A stretch of DNA of 64,000 nucleotides from Lytechinus pictus (Eukaryota), in NCBI RefSeq assembly GCF_037042905.1, contig NC_087245.1, positions 23,748,001 to 23,812,000 on the forward strand, read 5' to 3'. Position numbers and translations under genes: made by a program. Below, one piece after another: positions 28,901 through 42,800 of the stretch. Position 1 is the stretch's first letter; every line of letters starts with the position of its first letter. The notes below the pieces were generated by a model that saw only the letters and a program-made list of their open reading frames with translations, had not been told where the DNA came from and did not search any database.

Positions 28901-29452
28901 TTATCTATTTATTTATTTTTATTCAGTCATTCATTCAATTTAGTTCAACTCCAGTTGGCCGCCATTTTAACCTCCCCAACCACTCCATCACTGACATGAT
29001 GCTACAGGGCATCGAATCTTTAGGTACCCGTCCTGACTCAGTCCGTACTAGCAGGGAGAAGCTCTGGATGAGACGACTTCGCACCACCCAACCTCATGGC
29101 CTGAACATCCAAGAGGGGAACGACTGATTTTTCTTTCCTATCCACTTTCAATTTATATATACATATAATTTTTCCCCTCAGCTCTTTTGAATAGTTACAT
29201 TATAGTTTCTTACTCTACTTTCCTCCCATATCTCATACAAGCTCAGCTCCAATTTTTCCTTCCTTATTCAGGCGATATAATAATTATTATATATATATAT
29301 ATATATATATTTGTTTTTTCTCCACTCACCTCTTTTAGATTTACCACATTTGCTTATTTACATGTATACTATGGTTTCTTCATAATACACCCCCTCTCTT
29401 CTATATTTGCTTTTACCTTCTTAGGCAATTTGCTTCCTCTTTTTTACATATA

Positions 29453-29499
<47 letters not shown>

Positions 29500-32400
29500 C
29501 CCCTACTATATAGTCTTATGTTTTTTTCCCGTCACACCTAGCGGATTACAATATCAGTTACACCATATGTGTATTTATATATTTTTTCATATACATTTCT
29601 TTTTTGGATATATTTATATACATATCACTTATAGATACATATTTACACTTACCTTCTTCTCTTAGTTTGTTTAATGCTTTATCATATATACTTATATGTC
29701 TTTTGCACATTATCAGTTGTTCCCCATTCTTTTTCTTTTTTTCCCCCACTCTTATGCACCAGTTTATTAAGCCTTTCTTTGTAACCTGTTTGACCCACCT
29801 CTCACTAATTCTCTTGTTTTTCATCCCATTATCACTGTTTTGTTCCAGATCCTGTTTGATGTTGCCTGCCTCATTATTTTAATCCCTCTTGGCTTGAGGT
29901 CTTTTACTGGCCTTACTTACACTAACTTCCCTTTGCGTCTGCCTACTCCTTTTCTTTCATCCCCTTCACTAACCTGATTGGTCTTCTCTACTCACTAATG
30001 CCCCTTTTGTCTCCTTGTTTCTAGTGTTGCTGTAGCATGTTTGTGGTCTATATTATGGTTGTTCCACTTTATATGTTTGTCATTTTGCCTCCGACGAAGA
30101 TTCTGCTAGGATCGAAAGCTTAGGCCCCTTTTTGACTTTCTAATTTACTCCATTGGCTCTCTTTTATTAGATAAGCAGTTTTCAGCAGCTTCTTTTTGCC
30201 ATTGATTTAATTTATTCATTAAACTTTGTGGGGTTTTAAAGGAATGTTATAAATCTTAGAATTGATAAGGTTTGCTCAAAACTTTTTCTTTATTTAAATT
30301 TGTTTTTCAATTTCTATAATAACTTCAGTTGGTTGACATGTGATGCTAATTCTTTGATTATTGTTATTACTAACTATTGATTGTATTTTTGTTTTTATTT
30401 GTCACCCCAACAATCAGAGAATTCAACATGGAGCTGACCAAGCGACAGGGTCTTTTTACCTCTGACTTTTCAGTGTATGCAGTAGGGCAAGATGGTGTGG
30501 AGAGGCCTCATTCTGTAGATTTAGACTCATATTATATGGGTTATCTGGAAGGTGAAAATATTGTACCTCATTATTCAGTTTTAAAAAAAAAATCAATTAT
30601 TTTCTAGCAAATGTCTTTTAGAATATGCACATGTTATTATTGATGAATATGTTTATGGTAATTAAATGTTCAAAAGAATTTAAATGAATATTTGTAAATT
30701 TGACTTTTGCAAATTATGTATATTAGGAACTAGAAAGTGCAACTGTATGAGATATTTAGAGGATTGCATTCCATAATGAATTCGAGATTGATTCCTAGTT
30801 CATTGCTAATTCTAAATCTCCATGCTCTTCATGTTCTTTTAACTTTTAGTTGTCCTCTGAACGTATTACTTAATATTTTTTTTCAAACATGTTTCTAAGA
30901 TTTTTTTTCCTCTGTTAGTATGTACAGAGTCTGGGAAATTATTCATGTTCAGTACATGTAATTCTTGTCAATCATATGATTTGTTGTCTTTGTCATACAT
31001 GTAGATGATCCTGATAGTGTGGTGAAAATGCACTTAGAAGGAGATGACATCACAGCTAGAATTTACACAAGAGAGGAGCAATATACAATTGAGGTAATGA
31101 TGGATGGATGGATGTGTGGATGGATGGATGGATGGATAGATGATGGATTGGTGGGTGGGTGGATGGATGGAAGGATGGATGGACGGATGTGTGGACGTAT
31201 GGACGGATGGGTGGATGGATGGATGGATGGATGGATGGATGGATGGATGGATGGATGGATGGATGGATGGATGGATGGACGGATGGATGGATGGATGAAA
31301 CAAAGAAAGAGTGTAAAGACGAAAGAAATATAGAAAGAAACAGAAAAGATAGAAAGTAAGAGAGGGTGAGAGAGAAACAGATGAAGGAGAGATGGGAAGG
31401 CAAGGGATTGGTCAGAAACAAAGAAATGAATAAATGATCATGGAAAGAAATGAAGAAGAAAGAAAGGACGGATGAAAGTGAGGAAGAAAATTAAATCAAT
31501 AAGAAGAAAGGCAAGAAGGAAAGATGAAGAAAGAGGGAAGGAAGAATGAAAGTAAGGAAAGAAATACAGTTAGAAAGAAGAAGAAAGCTCATACTTGATC
31601 TGCTTGTTTCTATCTCTTTCACAGCCATCTTGGAGACACATAAAAGAACCACACAACTTTAGCATGATAGCATACCGCAGCTCAGATATCAAACAAAATA
31701 CAACGTAAGTTGCTACTCCATCTTAATTAAAAGGCCATTCAAGTTTAACAGTGCGTGCATATTCCTAACCACCCTCTGTAAATACTTGCCTCCTGAATTA
31801 ACTTGAAAAGGGATTGGTGATAAGTATTTTCATATTCTCTTCAGTTTTTTTTTTCTCTATTTATGGCAATGATTTATCTTGTCATATATATATATTTTTG
31901 TTTTTGTGGGGTGGAATTTATTGATGCACATATATTTTTTCCACTTATCACTAGATTTGTCAAGTGATTTTCTGTCCTTATCCCAAGCTGTTGATCTTTG
32001 AAAGATGTAGTGTATAGGGAGACTATCCCATATTATGATGTGGTAGCCTTTCATGTTTTTTTTTGTGCTCGCCTAAACAAAGGGGTTAAATAAAAAATGA
32101 AAACACTCTGTCAAAACAACATTACAAATTTGACTTTTGTAATTTGTTGAGAATGAAGATGAAATCCATTCAAATTAACTATCAATATTATCATTTTTGT
32201 TGCGTTTTCAATTCGGATTGTTACAATGACATTTTTTTTTATCCCTTTCTCTCACCAGGTCTTCATTTTGTCCACATGGACATCACTTGCCAGAAGGCAT
32301 CAAGTACAAAAAGACAGAAGAACAACTCAATGGACACAACTCAGCGCATAAATATAGTAAGGACCAAACTGTGGCAGTTCGATCACAACAATATTTTAAG

Positions 32401-35400
32401 AGTTCTGTAGATTTATCTAGCATTTTTATTTTACTAGTATCGTGGAGGTGAGACAACTGTATTTCATATCGGTTTGTGATTTCTATTAGCATGTTGAGAC
32501 TTCCTTTCTGAGAAGTTCTACAATCGCAGTGTCTGTTCATTTGGTAAATTAGGTATGGGTATACGCTATCCTCCAAAACCTACAATTTAATTGGATAAAG
32601 ATAACTTGCACTGTGCAAAAGATACAGTCTGCTGTATTTTCATGAAAATATGAAAGTTTTCTGATGAACACTACTCTACTTGTATGCTATTTTCCCCCAG
32701 ATCTATCTCATTATGATATATGTGATAGTTGTGTACTGAATTAGAATCTAAATCATGCAAGTAGTGTGTTTTGTCTAGTAATGCAATTTTCTGTGCATCC
32801 CGGCCATCTCTTCTTTTATCTTTTATCTCTTCTAATTTCTTTCTCAATTTTTTTTAATGTTTATCAGAGTCATCATCGTCATCATCACACTCTCGTCAGA
32901 AGAGAGCGCCCCCTCGTTATCACGTCTGTCCAATGCTTCTGACGGCCGATTACAGATTCTATCAATCCATGGGACAGAGTAACATGCAAATATCAATGAA
33001 TTATCTGGTGAGTGCATTTAATACTTATAAACCAAGGCAGAGATCAAGCCTGTTATGGTTGCAATTTGGGGTCAATGGAAAATGCATGTTATAGCGTAAT
33101 CATTCTGTCTCCATCCAAAGTGTCATAGGAACTATATATTCGTATTAGTTTTGTGTTTTTAATTAATTTCAAAGAAAATGTCTAAGGAAGAAGTTATTGT
33201 GTGAAAGCAAGCCTCAGTGTGATGACTGGCCAGGGGTGAAGTGATGATCAAAGCATGCATTTTGTGCAGGGTTATGTCCTCCTTAGCAGCTGCATTCTAA
33301 ATAGTCAACGTTCTGATACCAGCCTCAAACCCGAACACATTGAATTCAGAATTTCTAGCTAAATTATCTTCTTGTACCAAGAATTATTTACCAAATAAAT
33401 GTATTCTATTGAGATCTCATTTTCTTTCCCTCCCCTCCTCTGTATATCAGGTAAGTCTTGTTGATAGAGTTGACGTCCTCTACAAGGCAACTGAATGGGA
33501 ACCAGGGTATTCGGGCTTCCAGTTCCAAATCAAAAAGGTAAATGCACATTGGGTAAATATTTGTGTTATGGAATTATTGTATCATCCTTTTTCATTCACT
33601 TATTCTGTCATTGTCATTTAGCTTGTTTGATTTTCAGACCAGTTTTTACCTCTTCTAATCTTAGAATATCTGGGCCTGCTTTATAAAGAGATACAACTAC
33701 TGTAATTCTACCATTATGGCAACTACCATGGTAACAGGGCCCAGCAGCCAATCAGAATCAAGGTTTCCATGGAAAATGGAATGGACTACAATTCTAAGTC
33801 TTTATGAAACACCCTTGGATTGACGAATTGTGTCACAATGATAATTTGGGGTTGTGGACATTGTTGGTAATTTATTTAAGTAAAGGTACTAATGTCCAAT
33901 CTCTTGCTAGTACTTGGTGGAAATAATTTCAGACGTTGTATTTGAACAAATTTTGATCTTCTAATCATTTTTGTTTTGTCAATTTCAGATGGGATTTAAT
34001 CGTTTTTTGTCTTATTTCCCCCCAATGTTTTAGTTTCTATTATTGGGTATGTTCCAGAATCAAATAAAAAACAAAACAGAAAAAAAATCATGTATGAATC
34101 CAATGGCTTACGATACGAAATTATCAGTGTTTTGAAGCAATTTATTGAAACAAAGTATTTCCTAGTTGTTAGGACATAATCCTGGAAAAAATGACCCTTT
34201 TGAGCTGATTTGTAATAACAAGATCTGTGGTGACCCATGACTTCTCTTCCGATTTCTATAAACTTGGTACCCAAATATATGTGAGGCTTATAAAAAAGAG
34301 ACTTCTCTAATGGCATGTCATGAAGTAGGGGTTATGTGGAAATTGCAATTTTTTTGCGGGAGGGGCATGGTCAAAATTGACCCATCCCCCTATTTTGTCA
34401 AGGGTAAATGGATAATTTTAAGTCAACATTTTTAGAAAGGATCATGGTAACATCAGGTCGGGCTACTCTTGCATAATCATATCCCATACGATATTGTTAT
34501 TTATATTTGAAATTGACTACATTCAATTCCCCCCTTCTTTGTGACCTCTCTCTATATCTCTCCACCCACCCTCCCCTCATATTGTGCTTGACTTACATGA
34601 AGATTGTCATCCATCAACATCCTTCGCCGTCCTCGTCAGATAACTACAATGTTGAACGAGAGAGCAAGCCATGGGGAGTACAGGAACTCTTGGAGGTGAC
34701 TTTGTGTTTGAGAATAATGCTATCAATACATTTCCAACCCCCTCCCCATGTCATGAGTGGAAAGATTTATTTCCTTTTTGTCTTATGCCATTTCATCCAA
34801 GTGCCAACTCGTCATTTGGTCTACCATCAGTTTGTCCACTATCCACATGGTCTAATTGCCATTTCGTCGAGCACAAGCACATGCCAAAGCGCCCAGGAAT
34901 ATGCTCATCACTTTTTATATGTAATATCTGTCCAGGATTTGCCACCGGTAAATTGCCAATTTGTCTACTGCCAACTCATCCATTCCCCACAAGGTCTACT
35001 TTCATTTAGTCTAATGCCATTCCGTCCGTCAACATCTAGTCTAACAACCATTTGGTCCAATAACCATTTGGTCCAATGATCACTTTGTCTAATCACCATT
35101 TCGTCTAATAGCCATTTAGTCCATATAACGTTTGGTCTTATTGTCAATTATGCAAAATGAAGGAAAATAAAATGGATATATTAATAGACCCACTGGTTAT
35201 GAGACGTAATGGTCATAGACGAAATGGTGATTAGACGAAGTGATCATTGGACCAAATGGTTATTGGACCAAATGGTTGTTAGACTAGATGTTGATGGACG
35301 GAATGGCATTAGACGAAATGAAAGTAGACCTTGTGGGGAATGGATGAGTTGGCAGTAGACAAATTGGCAATTTACCGGTGGCAAATCCTGGACAGATATT

Positions 35401-38400
35401 ACATATAAAAAGTGATGAGCATATTCCTGGATATTTGGCATGTGCTTGTAATTCAAGGTACTTGGGGAAGTTAAAAACTGATCCAGAGGTTCAGGATTTG
35501 AGCCCTGGTTACATCTTTTAGATGGAGACATGTCAGTCCCAGAAATAAATAATCATATCTGATTGATAACTCGTCTTTAAAAATTCAAATGCAGGTACGA
35601 TTAGGCTCAGAATGGTATCAAAACCATATGCTTCTTTATTCACAATCCTTTGTGGTTATATTCAAAATAAAATATTCACTTGTTACTTTACCACAATGAT
35701 ACAATTGAACAATGATATGGTATAATAAGTCTTGTAATTTATTGATGTAGGATCAAATGAAGAAAAATTGTCTACTCGCATGCCTTGCTTTAGTTTGCTT
35801 GTGCTTGATGAATGGACAATAATAAAGCAATATTTGCTAGCCTTGGGGCGATATGACATATATCGCTCAAACTAGATTTATATCGCTTGAGTCGTAGACG
35901 AGGGTGATATCAATTTAGTGAGGGCGATATATGTCCTTTTGCCCCCAGGTCAGTCAATATTGCTATTATTAAACAATTAGACATCTAGAGCAAAAATCGT
36001 TAAAATTAAGATATTTTAGAGTTTGTGAATAAGAATATCTATTTTGTCATGTTGAGCAGACTGGGCTTCTGAACTTTACCATTGTGACGTAATTGAAATG
36101 ACGTGTCCCTGGCCTGGGGACACAGTATCCAGCGTTGTCTCAACTTGATTAACATTGTGACGTATAGCACTGGACGTGTACAAAAAATGCGTAGAATACC
36201 CGGATGTTGGCTCTGCCTTATTGCCGGCTACATTGCCACGCATTTTCCCATTTAATTTCCTGAGCAGGCAATAAATTGGGTCTGTGGATAAACAATTGAA
36301 AACTTATTGACCGACCATTTGATCACAGTCATAAGCAGACAATAATGTATTAAAGTTGCCCAGCTCAGATGTCTGATACGGTTAATAATAAATGATATAT
36401 CTCTCTTGCAGGTTTACAGTAAGGAAGATCACAGCGCCTTCTGCTTGGCTCATCTATTCACCTATCAAGATTTCTCCAACGGTGTACTTGGTCTTGCGTA
36501 CATAGGCACACCAAGAAGCAATGCTGTAGGTGGCATATGTACTTCAGGTGAGTTAGGCTTACCTTGATTGAGTGGATTCTGGAAAGGACTCGGCCTGAGT
36601 CATTTCATTTTATTAGGTAAACCGTAGTTAATTCCAGTTGAAATTGAGTACAATAAACTTTTGCTGTTGAGCATGCATCTCAAATAGATGAGAGTGTGTG
36701 TTGATTTCCAATGTTAGACAAATTTAAATTCTCTGATGGTCACAGTGCAATACAGGCTTGAATAAGCCAGTTCGTAGGTCCACTCTGCGCATGATCAGAG
36801 GAAGGTCATTGGTAGTAAATTGACATGGTGGTTTAAAATTTAATTAGTTAAGCACCAACTCTGAAGTCTTGATCATTCATATATTCTTTTGAATTGTGTT
36901 TTTCAATTACATCCACAAAAAACAATAATGCGTTCACGAACGACTGGTATTTCACAGTTTGCCAAGTACACTGTACATGTACATTGTACAACATGCTATG
37001 ATATGCATTCAAAATAGAATGCAACAGATACCTTCATAAAGTGTTTATTGATGTGGTATTCTAGTCACCTGGTCCAGACCTTCATTTTTTAGGAGCGCGA
37101 TCGCGCCGGCGCTCCTACCGCGCTCCTAAAAAAAAATAAGGAGAACAAAAAATCGCGCTCCTAAAAAAAAAAAAAAAAGCCTTCACAAAAAGTTGCTGAA
37201 ATTTCACATTTTACATCTTTATATTCACAAAATAGGCATCTGTTTTCCATAATTCCTTGAAATTATTTTGATTTAGTTGGAAACTACCGAAAAAGTGAAG
37301 AATATTCACCTCTTTCCTGACTCTGATTTGATTTTAAACTTGGTAAATATTGTAGTCCCATATGTAGATTTTCATGGCAACACCATGGTAAAGTAAAGAG
37401 GATTAAGTTATTGGAGGTGGGCTCCTGGGGTGATGTTCTGAAAATTGTCTTAACTTTTCTTGTAACTTTTCTTGTAAGTCAGCAAGATAACAGCTCGCTA
37501 AAATTCTCTTAAATTGGTATTCTGAAAATTGTCTTATCTCTGTAAGGACGTCCCCTATTTTATCTCTGACATGCCCAATATTTTATCATCAACCAATCAT
37601 TAAGCTTGTTAATGTATATGCATTATAGGTCAACCAATGGAAGTGTCTCTTCTGAAAAATAATGAAGCGCATCGTTGATATGAGGCGTAATTTCCTTGCG
37701 CCCCCGACGCTTATGCTTGTGCGCTTCTGTGCTAAAAATACACGTGGCTCTTCTCAAAGACATATTTTCTCTGAAAAGATTCATCGTATCGAACACCAAT
37801 TTTTAATTGCTGAAAAGTCTACCAATCCGTCGTTTTAATGTCTTTGGAATTTCTCCTTTTGTAAAACATGATGTTCTTGCGGGATGCAGCAAAAAATAAT
37901 TATTGCAGACAGACAAATATCGCATGCAACAATAAGTTACAATAGCCCCCTACCTCTTGTAAATTCTCTTGTATTTTGCAAGGAAATTAACAGAATGCAA
38001 AGATAAGATAATTTTCAGAATACCTTTTATCTCGATATGTTATCTTTCGCAAAGGGATATTTATACGCCGTTTTTAACTTTACTCATAATTCTAGCTCTG
38101 ACATCATACGCGCTCAGCAAAAGTTACAAGAAAAGATACAAGAATTTTCGGAATACGGATTTATTGTAACTCTAAAGAAACGAGAATATTTCTCCTGAGA
38201 CAATTTTCAGAATACGGCCCCTGGGTTTAAATTAACAATTAAATAAACACAGGGGCACTAATCTGAAGGAAAAGGGACACTTCCTTTGTATTTATGGTAC
38301 TTTTTGATAGAATGGGTACATGTAATTATGTTCACATAAATTTTTGAAATAGGGACTATTTAAGGAATCAGAGGCCCTAATCGTACATCCTGACATTCTC

Positions 38401-39799
38401 TTGTTATTATAGTGTATTATGCTGGCAATGGCAAGCGACAATACCTGAACACTGGTCTGACAACAACCGTCAATTGGGGACGGCGTGTGTTGACAGAAGA
38501 GGCAGACTTAGTTACTGCACATGGTGAGTTATACTGTTATGTCATCAACATAACTATGCACTTCTATGATTGATTTATCATACACTGTATTTTATAGAGG
38601 ACAGAATAACTCATTGAATGAGTCACTGTTAATTGGGAGTCATTGCATTCGATTTTAGTACATGTATGTATGATATACACTTTCTATCTAAACTCTGGAC
38701 TGTTTCAATCGAAGCACCCCCTTTTCAAGAAAATTGTGAAAATCAATGATTAATTATTGGATTCTGTCTTATAATCAAAATACATTTATTGGCAATAGAA
38801 ATTGATTAGATCAGTATTCGACATGTGTACAACAGTATAAAGCATATGGTTTCAAAAAAATGAAAACTCGTCCACTCACCACATGGTCTACCTTCATTTA
38901 TTCTAATACCATTCCGTCCATCAACATTTCGTCTAAAAACCATTAGGTCCAATCATCACTTTGTCTAATCACCATTTCATCTAATAACCAGTTGGTCCAA
39001 TAACCATTTTTCTTTTCATTCATTTTGTACAATTAACACTTTAGTTTAATTAGACCAAATGGTACATTAGACGAAATGAAAGTAGACCATGTGGTGAGTG
39101 GACGAACTGATGATAGAGCAAATGGTATTAGACGATTTGGCAATTGGACGAATTGGCACTAGACGAATTGGAAATCAACCTTTCACCCTTTGCTGTATAA
39201 TTGTGTAATTGAACCACAGACTATTATCATTAGGGCAGCTTCCACAACTATCATCTTATATAATCTATACTTACATGTATTTCCAATTTGTACCATATTT
39301 TCTGGAAATGAAGTGCATATTTTTTTGTCAGGAAAACATCCTGAAAAGAGCTGTGTAGTTAATGCATAGATAGAGAGGTATATTATCTTTTGTTTATTAA
39401 TGTACATTTTTCCCTGATGGATCTTCTTTTTTCAGTCAAGTTGGGATCACGGTTATTACATGACCACTGTGTTCTCCAGAAAATGTAGTAGGTGTTTACT
39501 TAAATATGCAGTTGAAAGCCTCTTTATATTGCTTGTTTGGTTGCTCTCCCACAGAGTTGGGTCACAATTTTGGCAGTGAGCATGATCCGGGTGATGAGGG
39601 CGACGAATGCGCCCCTGGTAACTCCCAGGGTGGCAACTTCCTCATGTACCCTGCATCCGTCACCGGTTCTTACGAAAACAACAGGGTGAGTTCTTTAAAG
39701 AGTCTTTGTAGAAGTAATTGTAATGGCAATTATGATGGTGACATGGTGATGTTGATGGAGATGATGATGATGATGATGATGGTGATGATGGTGTGATGA

Positions 39800-39831
<32 letters not shown>

Positions 39832-42800
39832 ATGGTGATGATGATGATGATGACAGTGGTGGTGGTAATGGTGGTGATGGTGGTGGTAATGGTGGTGATG
39901 GTGGTGATGATTATACTGATGATACATATGATGATTATGATGACGATGGTGATGATGATGAGGAGGATGATAATGAAAAAGATTTGATACTGGGTGTTTG
40001 GGATGGTGATTGAAATGATAATGGTGATGATAAGGATAATAACATTCATATTGATATTTATAACATCATCAACAATGAAGTACAATATTATGTTATATTA
40101 TATTATATCCACACACTCACGAGACAATGAACTCAATGCCCCGTTCTCCTCAAGGCCAGGGATATTTATGATTGCACATATACATGTAAGATCATTCTTT
40201 GACAGAGGACCTAAGTATTCTGATGGGAATCAACATTGGATCTTTAGATCCACAAGAGTCCAGTGATTTACTGTAGAAAATGGATCATAATGAAAGTTAT
40301 TAGAGAATGCTATTCCCATTCAGATTTTACATTCAAATTGAAATAAAGAAAACATGCAGTGTTGCAATCAGGAATAGTGGACTAAATATTCTTTCAATTT
40401 AACTTTGTTTTTTTCCCCCAAATGATATCAGAAATTCTCCATTTGTAGTAAGAGGCTTATTGCACCAGTGCTGAGGGAGAAATCTGCAAGATGTTTTGTA
40501 GGTGTGTATCCTATGTCATGTAACTCTTTCAGAACCAAAGGGTGTCACTTGTTTTAAGATTGTACCAACCATGATCACTGATTATTTTACAAATGTCTAC
40601 ACCTCTACACTCTAAGGTACACAAATATGTCGAAGACAGAAGTTGGAGGAAATGTATTCCCCTTTCAGATGATGCTCCGTATAGCTACTGTATCTGATTT
40701 TAAGCATTGCAAGTAGACAAATTTCAAATACGTGTATGTACTTGACTGTGTTTTCCTATTAACCATCATCTTCTTCTCCTTTGACAACCATTTTTTGGGG
40801 TAATATGCTGTGCATTTATCTAAAAGTATCCCATGATAGCATAAATTGGCTGATAAATATTTCACATACTCAATTTACTTTCTTTAACTTGACACATTTC
40901 TATAAACACCTCATGCCTTTTTTTTTCTTGGTACAAAGTAGGGCCCTGCTGGTATGCAATTGATGAATCTCTCTGAGAAAACCCTTCTTCGGATCATTTT
41001 GAAATCCATCAATATGTTTTGTCTCCTTCCTGTAGAGCCATCTCAGACATCACTGTGCGGGAATTACCGTTTAGAACAAGGAGAACAGTGTGATGTAGGC
41101 ATAGTAGATAGCAACAACCCTGATCCATGTTGTACAGCTAACTGCAGGCTAAAACCAGGAAAAATTTGCAGGTATGCCATAGTTATATCTATTGTGTACC
41201 ACATTCGTGTGCATGCCTTTGTTGATATAAATGTTTCATATCATTTCTTTAGAAAAACGAGGCGCAATAGCTCAGCCAGTAGAGCGGGGGTGCGGATTCC
41301 GATGACCCGGGTTTGATTCCCACTTGGTGCGCTAGTGCCCTCTGGTAAGGCATTTATCCTCATTACCAGGTCCCTCAGAGAGAATAACTAAATTAACTCC
41401 AATCTAGAATCAACGAATATTGGTAATAGAATAAAGAAATGGATAAATAAAGATTTTGTAATATAATTTTAATCCGGTTGTTATAGGGTGTGTATGTCTC
41501 ATATGGCAAGGCTCGACATTAGGGGTGGCCCGGGGCCACCAGAAATTCACCTCGGGCAACCGTTATTGAAAAAATATTAAGTTTTGGTGGCCCGAATCGG
41601 GCAACCAATAATTTTCAGTATAGCGCAATTTTTCTCCACATTTTGCACGCATTTATCAACTTTCTACAGTTCAAATTGCAAGCCAGTTCGTCATGCGCCC
41701 TTTTTGTTGATCTACACACAAACGCACACACAAAGTTGGCCTACCACTATAGCATTAAGCAGTCCCACGTGTGCATTTGTATGTATGTTTTATTTGGTTT
41801 CTTTCGAAGCTGTGTCTTTTCCGGTCTTTTCTAGCCAAACATAAACAGACAGTTACTTTCTTTCTTGTTTATAAATGACTTCTTAAAAAACTCTTGAGAA
41901 AGTAAATACTTTGGGAAGGCATTTCATTAATATGAAATGTGAATTTTTCCAACATTTTGGCAAATATAATTATAGGGAAGGAATTTTCTCACACTTTTTT
42001 TTTGCCGTTATATTATTTTCTTTCATTTTTTTTTGACAGTGGTTAAACCATTTATACCCATTCATTTTTAATGTTTTTCTTTATATTTTTCGGGCCACCA
42101 AAAAAAATTATTTGAAGGTTTTGGTGGCCCGAACGGGCCACCACCAAAAAAAGTTAATGTGGAGCCTTGCATATGGTATGTGTAATCTGTCAAACTATCT
42201 CCTTGGTATTAGAGTAAATGTAGCTTAATTATTTTCAAAGATGGTCTCCAACCTTAAAATGATAATGATTCTCTTTTGATAAAATGTATAAAATCGATTA
42301 TAAATTACATCTTTGCACCAGAGATCATGGTCTTGGATTATGTCTTCGCTCCTCATCAAAACTCTTACAGGGCACCGCCTGAAAAGAAATGGGACCTTTT
42401 TATGTTGACATGACTAGAAATTACTCAAAGGATAGATGAAGACCCTAATTAAAGTTGAATTAAGTAAAATTACCCAAAATTATAACATAATTTTTCATTA
42501 AAAAATCTAGCTCCGCCATGCTTCCTCTTGTACCTTTCTTCAAAGTTATCATTTCCGATCACCCTATCAAGGGGTGGTATTCTGAGATCATTTTAACTTT
42601 GAAATATTCCATTTTATCTCTTAAAATTTATTTGGTATACTGAGATGACATTTTATCTGTTAAGAGAAAATTTGAAGTGCTATCTGCGATAAATTTTTAT
42701 CTTACGTATCTAAATATGATACGCTACAGATCTGTGCCTGCGTATCCATCACCTATCCAACCATTGAAACGCGGGTGATGTGCTTATAATCAAAAATAAT

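Noticed and set aside
31019..31421. WMDG/HPSI repeat ORFs
   Set aside because: (GGAT)n microsatellite; only 31005-31093 is exonic.
39660..40085. Poly-His/Met/Ile ORFs
   Set aside because: (ATG/GTG)n microsatellite in an intron.
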